The notes under the pieces are model-generated. The model saw nothing but the letters and a program-made list of their open reading frames with translations, ran no database searches and was not told the origin of the DNA. This document shows positions 17,026-27,954 of a DNA stretch of 64,000 nucleotides, piece by piece (within the stretch, counting starts at the first letter, position 1; each line of letters opens with the position of its first letter). A program made the position numbers and the translations under genes. The DNA lies in NCBI GenBank assembly GCA_037447605.1, contig CM074807.1, positions 1,798,001-1,862,000 of the forward strand. Reading direction: 5' to 3'. Source of the stretch: Zygnema circumcarinatum SAG 698-1b. Its lineage: Eukaryota > Plantae > Zygnematophyceae.

Positions 17026-18702
17026 CTTTTATATCAAATGTAGAAGATTATCGAAGATCCCTTTTTTTAGAAATTGCATACACATGCTTGCTATACTAAC
17101 TGCCTTAGTTAGGTCTGACCGTGTGCCAATCATCAAGTACATTAAACTACCGATGGCAGACTGATAAAATACCATCTCCATTATCTTCACTTCTTTAAAT
17201 GATTAAGGTGATATAGATTCCAAAAGTTGATGTGAAGGATACATGGGACTTGTGCAAAGAGTGCACTTTTCCATCTTGNNNNNNNNNNCAATTGCACAAT
17301 GTTAGAAGTGGTCACATACAAATGTATAGCAAAGGTGACTGCTGATATAAAGACATTGGAGATAAAGGCGCTTGCCATATGGCGCCTACAAGACAATCAG
17401 CTCTTTGTCGAACTGAGGCAAATCTTTTAAGACGCTTACAATGTCTATTTCGTGATAAAGTTGTGTGAGAGGGGGTCCCTCTTTGGCCAACTCAACAAGT
17501 GGGGAAGATGCTTTCCTGAATGGAAAGTGGCCAAAGTATTCCAACAGATTTGCAAGGGCATGGTAGAAATGCACTCGAGGAATCTCTTGCATAGAGATTT
17601 GAAACTCGAAAACATCTTAGTGAAGGACAAAGGGGAAAGGGTAGAACACATTAAGATTACTAACTTCTGGTTATCGCTCGGACTCGAGCAAGGGAAAGAA
17701 GTTTACGGCGACATTTACAAGACTCTTTTGCACCTAAGGTCACAAGAGACAAGGCATACGGAATACCTACAATGTCTATTTGGTGATAGAGTTGTGTGAG
17801 AGGGGGTCCTTTTTTGACCGACTCAATGAGTGAGGAAGATGCTTTCCTGAATAGAAAGTGGCTGAAGTATTCCAATAGATTTGCAAGGGCATGGTAAAAA
17901 TGCACTCAAAGAATCTCTTGCATAGAGATTTAAAACTCGAAAACATCTTAGTAAAGGACAAAGGGGAAAGGGTAGAGCACATTAAGATAATTGACTTCGG
18001 GTAATCGCTCAAACTCGAGCAAAAAAAAGAAGTTTATGGCAATATTTGTAGGACTCTTTTTCACATGGTGCTTAAGGTTACGAGAGACGAGGCATATGGA
18101 ATGCCTACAATGTTTATTTTGTGATAAAGTTGTGCGAGAGGGGGTTCCTCTTTCACCGAGTAGGGAAAATGCTTTCTTAAATGGAAAGTGGTCAAAGTAT
18201 TCTAACAAATTTGCAAGGGCATGGTAGAAATGCACTTGAGGAATCTCTTGCATAGAGATTTGAAACTCGAAAACATCTTAGTAAAGGACAAAGGGGAAGG
18301 GGTAGACCACATTAAGATTATTGACTTCAGGTTATCGCTCGGACTCGAGCAAGGGAGGGAAGTTATGGCGACATTTGCAAGACTCCTTTGAACATAGTGC
18401 CTAAGGTTATAAGAGACGAGGCATATGGAATGCCTAATCTACAGGCGTGCTTTTATATCAAATGTAGAAGATTATCGAAGATCCCTTTTTTTAGAAATTG
18501 CATACACATGCTTGCTATACTAACTGCCTTAGTTAGGTCTGACCGTGTGCCAATCATCAAGTACATTAAACTACCGATGGCAGACTGATAAAATACCATC
18601 TCCATTATCTTCACTTCTTTAAATGATTAAGGTGATATAGATTCCAAAAGTTGATGTGAAGGATACATGGGACTTGTGCAAAGAGTGCACTTTTCCATCT
18701 TG
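15865..18702. repeat. Apparently identical 1414-bp direct duplication (15865-17278 and 17289-18702) around a 10-N gap
   Basis: Identical ORFs are offset by exactly 1424 nt; Ns occupy 17279-17288. Confidence 0.93.
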
Positions 18703-19028
18703 ACTTAGCCAAAACATCTTTGGCATTCTTTGGCATACTTTTCTTGGGAGAGGAAAAGCCTGCCATCTCGACCCCTCTTAAGCTGAATCCCTAACAAGTA
18801 CTAAGCCTCACTTAAGTCTGACATATGAAAATTCTCCTTTATTAGATCCTTCAAATTCTAAATGCTTTGTATTAAAGGACTCACAATGATAAGGTTGTCT
18901 ATATAGATGCCCATATATAACAACTCTTTTTGGGTACCTTTGTTGTAGTCAAAGCGGTTTGATTTGAAGCATTTTTTGGGTCTATTTGCTGGTTCCAAAA
19001 AAAAAAGGTCTATTCGCTGCCTCTCTAA

Positions 19029-19346
19029 AAGCTTTGATGACTTAATTATCAAATTGCCTAAGAAATTTCCGTTTACTGCGTTTTAGGCATCAAATAGTTT
19101 CAAGTTTTTAAGCTTTGATGACTTAATTATCAAATTGCTTAAGAAATTTCTGTTTACTGCGTTTCAGGCATCAAATAGTTTCAATGACTTAATTATCAAA
19201 TTGCCTAAGAAATTTCTGTTTACTGCGTTTTAAGCATCAAATAGATTCAAGCTTTTAAGCTTTGATAACTTAATTATCAAATTGCCTAAGAAATTTCCGT
19301 TTATTGCGTTTTAGGCATCAAATAGTTTCAAGCTTTTAAGCTTTGA
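19029..19346. repeat. ~81-bp AT-rich minisatellite, about 4 copies
   Basis: Unit AAGCTTTGATGACTTAATTATCAAATTGCCTAAGAAATTTCCGTTTACTGCGTTTTAGGCATCAAATAGTTTCAAGTTTTT starts near 19029, 19110, 19182 (short copy) and 19257. Confidence 0.92.
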
Positions 19347-19486
19347 CACTGTTGTTATCATTGTTATATTATTACTTTTATCTTTTTAAGATTATTTTTA
19401 TGCAAATATTTTATTTACATACAACAACCTAGAAAAAGTAATTCAATGCTAAACTTTCAACTTTATTAAACTTAAGTATTACAAAG

Positions 19487-20119
19487 TATCACAACTGAAG
19501 ATTAGCCTCCTCAGCCGTGAGCAGAATTACACTCAGTTTTCCACTCAGAGTCTGAAGAGAGAGAGAGAGAGAGAGAGCGGCACAGCCTTGAGCAGGGGTG
19601 CAACTGTATGCTGGTACAATTGTCGAGTGACGACAATCACCCTCGCCTCTATATGCTTCCCTTGTCAAACCCCCTACCAGCATGGGGGACCCAAAGCAAG
19701 GTTGTCTAATAGCAGATTGCCACGTGGCCATCTCTAACCTGAAAAGGGTCTGAAGAGTACAACGTGCGTATGCCCGCCACATCCCACAGGCGCGTGCCGC
19801 AATGCGATATGCCGCCATACATCGGTGCACAATCAGATTTTGCACACGCAGCACAGGGTCCAAATGTTAATCTGCTTGTACCAACGGTAACCCGTAATTG
19901 TATGGATGACGAGTACGTTCCAAAACGTAAGGGCGACATGGTCAAGATTCACAATCTATCGACCACATTGGCAGCGCAATATATCTATGTATATCACACC
20001 GTATCAAACCCTTGCGACTCTTGCAAGGTTTGATCCTAGGACCTTCTTGGACTCAAGTGGTCCTCGGCGTAGTGCATTCTAAGTACATCTCCCATGGATG
20101 ACTGTAGCGTTTTGCTACA
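19487..20119 (-). mobile_element. Solo LTR (family A, copy 2, more decayed)
   Basis: On the minus strand it starts TGTAGCAAAACGCTACAGTCA and ends TTGTGATA (mutated CA end), with an exact 5-bp TSD CAAAG (19482-86, 20120-24). Confidence 0.85.
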
Positions 20120-22988
20120 CAAAGAGCCATAACTCTTTATTTAGCCACACTTTCCAATAATCACTTTTATATTAGTCACTCCTTACTCGCTTAACATTTA
20201 CCTTACCTCAAAAAGGAAGTTTTGTCAAACCTTTTTTATTTTGAGGTATTTACAAAGATTATAAATGACTACTTATACATTTTAAACTTAATTTTTCATA
20301 TAGAAGCATTAAATTTAACATGTAATGTTAAAAAGAACCAATAACTTTGTATAAAAAATCTTGTTTTTTTTATCATTTTGTTGACATATTTTGCTAGACT
20401 AGTTTTCAAACTACAAAAGAGATCTACAATACCACCATAGTGCTTTGCGCTTTGGCTAGCTTTACTCCTAGTCCCTTACGCTGAGAAAGGGTTTGACAAG
20501 GGACCTAAGGGCCATTGGCGAGCTCTTGAAGCTAGCTTGAAACCAGGATCACATCTGAGAGAGCTAGGACAAGGGGCCAAAGGCCTTTTGTTACACTTTG
20601 ACCACCACTCTCCTTATCCTCCATTGTTTCTCTCTCCCTCTCCCTTGTATCCCTTGCTCACAACCTCTCCCTTTCCCCCTCCACCCCCTTTTAACTTATC
20701 TATTTCCCTTTTTGTCTCCTTGTGCCCCCCCCTCTTTCCATAACAACCTCGTCCTCCCCCCACCTCTACCCCTCGCTCGCACAGCTGTTTCTCTCTCCTT
20801 ACCCTTACCTTCGCATTTGATAGTTGCTTTTATGGTTCATCCATCGATGAATGGACCTAAGTATACTTTAGCACATACTACACTATGCTTGCTCAAGTTT
20901 TTGACTCTTCATCGAGCGGATTTGTATAACATGAGGCCCATACCTCTTATTCTAGCTCTTTCTCTCTCCCCATCAACTCATTCGTGTGACTATGGCAATC
21001 TTGCCCAAGTCTCGGCATTTGCCACCCGCGCTGCTGTCTGCCTATACTGCCCATGTAACCGGTCATAATAGACACATAAATGCCGGCTTCCTTCAAAGAC
21101 ATGGGCTCTACCGAAACCATAGGCAAAGGCTCCTCCCCTACCTCTTGAAAGGAGGTGCCGGGTCCATCTCTCGCAAGCTCGGAGCCACCACCACCACAAG
21201 AGGTGAGACCTTCCCCCACCGCTAGTGGTGCCCGTAGTGGCTAACATTACTATTAAGCCTGGGAGAGGAAGGATGTTCGGCACTTCCGAGAGCTCCGATA
21301 GCTCAGCGGCCTCTGCCCCCACGGCTCTAGACCTAGTAAAAAGTATGGCAACCAACGGGAGATCACCAGAAAAGTTAGAGATCGGCAACCGTTGGCTCGC
21401 CCATGACCTCGAAGACTGCCGATCGTGGCTTGTTTTTTAACAAAGAACGGACATTCTAAAGGAATCTGAAGTTGACCTTTTCCGACATTCTTGGCGGCAC
21501 CGGGTTGTGCTCTAATTTCAAATGTAGCCTATGCATGTGAAACTCCTCTCCCTCTTTCTCTCCTTCTCCCTCTCTCACGCTCTCCTTCTCCCTCTCCTCT
21601 TCGTCGTCACTCTCCTCATCGCTTCCCCCCCGAGCACCACACAATTGAGATTGTAATATTGTGAAGCGGAAAAAAAGGGCTTTCCCTAATACTCCATCAC
21701 CCAGGGGGCTTCCAAAAGCTCAATTTTTTTTTTTCTTTTTTTTTTCTTCTCCCACTCTGTAACATAGTAGTAATAATAATAATAATAGTATTTTTTAGGG
21801 TTTTTAGGGCTTTTAGGTTTTTCAGGAAAGGATCACCTTTTTTGAGCTTATGAAGCCCATCACTAGGTGCAAAGGTTGAATTTTAAAAATGAAGTAATAA
21901 AAGGTGGAGGCAGAAATGAAGGTTGGGGTTATTTTTTGGGAGATACCTTTTTACATGCAACCGAATTGAGTCATTTTTTGGGACAGTCCGGCGCGATGCA
22001 AAACTTCCTGGATTTGTAAATTCGGAGCTTTTGAATTGATTTTCTGGATCCGCTCTACATCCAAAAAATAAAAGTACAAAATAAAAATTCATGATTTTTT
22101 CGACCTCGTGACATGCAGGAGACCCAGTCAGCTTGAAGTGCAAGAAAAACCAAATGCAAGTCCCTCAGCTTGTGGGTTGATTGGAGACAATTCTGAACCT
22201 ACTTTGCAGAGTTTACAATATGAAAGCATAGGTTTTAACCAGTCCAGAACTTTAGGGTTTCAGATTGTACCGAGGGTGTCCTGCAACGCTCCGTTCTGTA
22301 CCTCCAGCTCCTTCACTCTGCGCCGGAACCTCTCTCTCTACCAACACACAATTTCGAGCATTGTTCCCTCTGCGGGAGCGACAGCTTTGCTGCTTGGAGA
22401 GGGCGCTTCTTCTGTCGAATCACTTAGCAGCCCAGTCATGGCTGCAGCAGTCCCATCATTCCAGCCATCTCTTTTCGATTGCATCTCACTTCCCTGAATA
22501 TGCGCAAAGACACAAAACTTGACATTCAGCATCAGCGTTTATTTCCTTGCTACAAATACATATTTTCCACTCCCTACTTCTCTCAACTCCCTTGCCTACC
22601 GGCACATCCTTTCCCTATTCTCTCCCTCTCATTTTCCCACTGCATCTTTGACTTCCTTCTCCTACTTCTGCTCCTCCTCCCTCTCCCTCCTCCATCCACT
22701 TCCTCCACCCTTCTCATTCACGCTTTGCTCTCCGTACCACTGCTGTTTCCACTCCCTTCTCCCTTCCACAACCTCTCCCTTTCCTCCTCCACACCTCCTT
22801 TCCTCCATCTCGCACTGGCTTTGGATAGAGTAACGCCATTGTCTCTCACCGCGCTTTAGCCGCCACGCACTGCTTCAGCACCTGCCTCTCGCTCACCAAA
22901 CAAGGCATTTCAGAGGCGGGAGGACGACTGTAGGCATAAATTGACGGACGCAGCAGGGATCTGATAATCAAAGCAGTAGTGCGCAGCC

Positions 22989-25900
22989 ATGGCTGCGCTC
23001 GCTTCCTCGTGGACAGCCTCGGCCTCGGCCTCCGGCTCTGCAGCTTCTCACGAATGCTCTTCTAGCCTGGGCATCGCGGCCGGCCATGGCGGCTGCATAT
23101 CTTCTCATGTGTCCCTGGCAGCTCGCTTGCGCCTGCCTTTGCTATCAATTGATGCCGTTCAGGGGAGGCCGAGCTGCAGTGGAGGGCGGAGAGCTCGGCT
23201 GCAGCAAGTTGCGGCCATGGAAAACCATGTGGCAGCCGATAGCTTCGCAGGTGCAGGCCTGAATTATCCTGCAATCACTCATGAGAGTAGGCTAGAGCTT
23301 CCATTTGGATGCCTTGGAAATTTGCTGCTGCATTTGGCGCTCAAAGGAATCAAAAGTTGTCAACTTTGACAACGATAGTAAAGAGAAAAAGCTGCACCCC
23401 TCTCAAAAGGCACCTATTCAACATCGCAAACTAGTGCATATTTTTTCGCGTTGACCAAAAACAGTCGACGGCTTTTACTGAGGCTGGTGTGTACATAAGG
23501 ATGAACTGGTATTGCTTCTGTTCTTCAACACTTAATTCATATGGGGAAAGTTTAGCTGGGACCTGTCCTACGTGTAACGTTGATGTCGAGGGGTTTTACG
23601 GCGCCCAACCGATTGCTGTTCTTGACGTGGGAGACACATGGTTTATGTGCCTATACGTTTAATATCCACTGATATTCAAGAAGAGAGCAAGCTTGCTATG
23701 GGGTTACTCAGTCTTTCGGGTTACCACTCAGCACAATGAATGCTATGTCGTGTATTTCTTGAGTTACTTGTTCTTTTTTTGTCACAATGCCAGCGTTTGT
23801 TTGAATTGTTCTTGCCATACGGTAAACTAGGCCTGCGCGTATGCTCTATCATCCAGCTAAATTCGAATTTATGTTCAGCAATCAATCTTTTGAGTAGCCA
23901 GGCAATATGTGCTTTCCTGAAGAAAAAAACGTCGAAATGGTCGTTTTCATGGCATCTTTATTTTTCTTGCTCGCATGAAAATAGCTATCCAAGAAAGAAC
24001 CTTTTCTGGCAGTGTCAGTGACGGTAAGGCAGAATTGTTTGGGATGCTTGATTAGCGCTCTACCCGTCCCCTTCCTTGCCTACAATTCCAAGGCGAACAT
24101 ATCTCCAGCCTGCTAATTCGCTGCTGTTTCGTTTTTGCGGCTCAGCGGAGCAGTCTCCACCGGCTGACTTCGCTGCTGATGTCAGCACATGGGATGAACT
24201 GGGACCCTCAGACGTCAACCTCGAAGAAAGCAACTCAGTCCAAATTCCCAGGGAACGCCAAAGGATATTTGACAGCATTGCTCCCGTATATGACCAGGTG
24301 AAATCATTTCTGTTTTCGGTCGACCTCGTTTTCTGAAATGACCTTCCCTCATGCGTCCAAGTGTCAGAAAAACAGATCCCAGTATTCTGTGTTAGTCTCA
24401 GTTGATGGATGGGATGGCTTTACTTGCTGGGGAATAAAAACCACTGATGGGAAACGGATCGATTTTGTATCTACTTTGAATGTCGTAGAAAGTCGCTAAT
24501 CTAATGACTAATGTCTGTTTTTTAGCATTGGTTTGCATAAGACAAATGTAATGTTTATGCAGTAATCCTGCTGAAAAGGTTTCCTGCACCTCATATCCAT
24601 ATCCTATGTTTATACGAACTTGACAAAAGCAGTATTGCAAGGCGCTTGGAAATCACTGGAACAAGGAAATTTCGAGTGCCATCTGCGGTGAAATTTGTCA
24701 CTTAGAATCCTCACCCATGCTTTGCAAGGTGATAGTCAGTTTTGCATTTCACTGATCCATGTCCTGCGCATACTCTGACACGCATCCGCAGAAGGAACTG
24801 AACGGAGGGCGCTGCGTGCCATGTGGCAGCTCAATGACTTCCTCAGTTTGGGCCAGCACCGCATTTGGAAGCGAATGGCAGCCAATTGGAGCAGGTGTTT
24901 CCCCTACCGCCAAAACGGAGGAAGATGAATTTTTATCTTGACTGTGTTGAGAGTGATTCGGGGTAGGGAAGAGAGTCGTAACGAGCATGGAAGAGCATGG
25001 GAGATAAAGCAATTGGCAGCAGCTTGAATCTGAAAGTTTTTCACGAATGAGGCCAATGGAGCCGGTCTGTGGAGAGATATGGAGGTAACCGTTGTTCAAT
25101 GAACAGTTGCTAGAGGCAGATGTTTTCGGGTTTATGGTTTCATCTATAAGAGTTGATGAAAGTAAGCAGGTAAGATGGAGAAAAACTTCATGGGCATTAA
25201 TATGAGGGCTACAGAGCAAGATCGGGCCATCGCGTGCTGGACATCTGCTGCGGCAGCGGCGACATCGCATTCCTTCTGGCAGAGAAAGTGGGCCGCCAAG
25301 GTTCGGTAAGCGCCAAATTGGGTCCATTTTCTTGACACTTTATCCTCCACATGAGGTAGCTCTTGTGCTCGTCAATCATTGAAGTTGAGTTCGTCATTCT
25401 TGCTAAGACCTCGAACGCCCTTTTGCTCAGGTGGTAGGTGTGGATTTTGCGCCGGAGCAATTGGCAGTTGCTGCAAACCGCCAGAAAGAGATGTTGGGTC
25501 TCCTTGGAGTGGACATGAGGTACAATGACTACGCTCTTGCCAAAACGTCCAGGAACTGATTAGCTCAGTAAAATTCTGGAGACATTCCCGGAGATGCTTT
25601 TGTTTCTGGTGTACCAAGGGGGCTTTTCCGTTGTCCTTCTTTCTTTTTTCCTGCAAGTTGGGTATAGCAGTGAAGGAAATCACGAGTTCAAGTCGGAGAC
25701 ACTTACTCTAACAATCGGTGCAGGTGGATTGAAGGAGATGCATTGGCACTGCCGTTTGGGGATTCAGAGTTTGACGCGGCCACAATGGGCTATGGTCTGC
25801 GAAATGTTGTGGACATTCCCAGAAGCCTGCGGGAGGTTTGGAGGGTTCTCAAGCCTGGTAAGCATCACCACGATGTTGCAGAAAGTAGGATTCAGTAGAA

Positions 25901-27134
25901 TTTCTACATTAAGATTGCACAATCAAAGGGCAAAGCAAAGGGCTGCGTACAATGGCATAAATTGCGGTCTGTATGTTTGCTGGATGGATCCGCAAACTAA
26001 GAGGGTAAAGACGAAATTGGTGAATATGTAAAGGTATGGTGTATGGTGTAATAAGCTATTGCTTATTCCCAGGAACTATGGCTTAGTTTCGAGTTGGTGG
26101 ACTGAATCACAGTGTGGGTGGCAGGCAGCTCGGCCGCTATTTTGGACTTCAACAACTCCCCGAATTCCCTAGTCTCTTCATTTCAGGTGTTATTCTTTTC
26201 TTAGTCAGTTCTGAATCAGGGTCCGGTCACCTGTATCATTTACATCACCCGTCAAGGTAGCTATTCGTTGCATGTGGGACAAGCAGAATCCGGCATTGGG
26301 CCTTGTATTCCATTGTCACGCCGTATGGCAGAGGAACTTGTCTGCCTTACACCTATGGAGCACTAGTCACAAGTGATATTCGTGCTTCGTGAAAGCCCAA
26401 TAGCGTTTGCACTTTTAGTATCACGTTTGTTGGACTTGGGAAGCACATGTTCATCTTGTACATTATGGTTTTGGGGTGGGTCTGACTTTTTCTCGAAGGC
26501 GTTTTACTTGGAGTCAAGGCCAGCACCTCTCTTTAGATTGCCATGCCGCCTAAAATGCAGGTGAAGGAGAGAAACTTTTTTTAGATGTCTTTCCAGATAG
26601 GTTCATGGAAGCTGATCCTCCATCCGTCTTGCAGGGCTTCATGCTGGACAACGTGGTAGTGCCTGTTGCCAGGCAGTTCGGCCTTGCTGAGCAATACGAG
26701 TATCTCCGTCCTTCTATCGAACGTTTCCCCTCAGGTGAGTCTATTGGCTCCTAGCGCTTAGAATTTTGCATGGAAGCACATTCCACCATATTCATTTCAA
26801 GGGTGGAGTTAGTATGCACCAACCGTTCATTCAAATCCTCGAAAGCTCACTTGCTGACACAGTCAAGTGACTAACCTGGTTTGCGTCATAGCGTAATATT
26901 ACTGAAGTAAGGGCATCTTGCTGTCGAAAGCCTTTTTTTTCGAAAGGAAAGTAGCATGTTAACAAACGAGCTGTTTCAACCAGGCAGGCAGCTGAGGTCA
27001 GCACCACTCGTTTGCCTTGTGAATGCCTTGCAGGAAGGGAGCAAGTGCGGCTCGCTCGAGAAGCAGGATTCTCACGGGCAGTGCACTACGAGTTGGCCGC
27101 AGGGCTCATGGGCGTCCTTGTTGTCCACAAATGA
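22989..27134 (+). CDS. MENG: 2-phytyl-1,4-naphthoquinone methyltransferase (demethylphylloquinone methyltransferase), plastid-targeted
   Basis: Exons: 22989-23250, 24146-24297, 24830-24894, 25215-25305, 25431-25519, 25724-25857, 26125-26186, 26635-26734, 27034-27134. Motifs include RQRIFDSIAPVYDQLNDFLSLGQHRIWKRMA, VLDICCGSGD, WIEGDALALPF, TMGYGLRNVVD, ILDFN and YEYL..SI..F. The N-terminus is Ser/Ala-rich like a transit peptide. Confidence 0.95.
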
Positions 27135-27538
27135 ACTCAGATCGGTCGTGCTGTCTCGGCAAGGGCAGATGTCGGACCTCTAATGGAAGGCCATGCAATC
27201 GTGGTGTTGTTGTATAGCTGGGATGAGAACCGGCCTTCTTCATCCACATGATGCTCAGTCTGTCCCACTTCCATGCGACTTTTTGGTTCAGCCGTGACAA
27301 GCCCAATTGTGGATTTTCGCCACCTTTGTCCTCAGGAACGGTTCCAATTATGTTGGGTTAATCGCACATGTGAATGCATATGAGCTTTTGGTTGTCGACG
27401 TGCTGAAAACTGATGATATGGCGGAATCATATGTTCCATACAATGAAGTGAATACTGCAGGGCTGAGTCCTTCCTTCTCAAGGACTCAGTCCTGCAAATA
27501 CAAGATATTCTTTCAGCCATCGCTTTTACTTGCTAATA

Positions 27539-27668
27539 GGGGGTGTCAGACTTAACGAAATCTTACGAACAAAAAAGTTTTGTAAGTACGCCGCACCAGG
27601 ATTGCGATGTCACCGAAGTACTCGTTCTGGTCTCAAACTTATGAACAATTTTTAAGTCTGACACCCCC
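27539..27668. mobile_element. MITE with 17-bp TIRs and TA TSD (copy 2)
   Basis: Same TIR GGGGGTGTCAGACTTAA, flanked by TA (27537-38, 27669-70); the interior is similar to 4041-4197. Confidence 0.9.
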
Positions 27669-27954
27669 TAATGGCCGAGAAGCGTTGTTTGAAGTCTTTT
27701 TGTAAGAGTTTGGAACGAAGTGAAATCGCGCAGTGCCCGCCTGCCTCTAAAGAGCTCGGCCCAACAACGCAGTTCCGTCGCCAGTTCCGTTCCGCGTGCC
27801 GCGTTGTACGGCGCCGCACAGGTACAACATCGAACAGCGTTTTTGCGGCTAGTCCAGGGCGAGGCCCCGCCCAGATTTCTTCTTTCAGAGAGGAAGAGGG
27901 AAGAGGGAGGAGGGAAGAGGGCTATTCAGGAGGGAGGAGGAGGCGGGAGAAGCC

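Larger units (their letters stand above)
14055..19030 (-). mobile_element. Ty1/copia LTR retrotransposon relic (3' LTR, RNase H, RT), interrupted by a solo LTR and a kinase cassette
   Basis: On the minus strand: RT motifs IYIDNLII, F.MSDL and YQSAIGSLMYLMIGTRSDL (17065-17180, duplicated at 18490-18600); RNase H remnant (GYTNAN...WSSK...VALS...CHAAKEA, ~15300-15770); PPT AAGAGGGGGAA abutting an LTR that runs TGTTAG (15225) to TTAACA (14055). Confidence 0.85.

Noticed and set aside
15806-18450. Functional tandem-kinase (resistance-type) gene
   Set aside because: Every unit has stops or frameshifts or a damaged DFG motif, and half of the copies probably come from the assembly duplication.
19029-19346. 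CRISPR-like array
   Set aside because: The units are tandem near-identical copies with no unique spacers, so this is a minisatellite.
21790-21822. True telomere or chromosome-fusion scar
   Set aside because: Only three or four degenerate units, internal and in one orientation.
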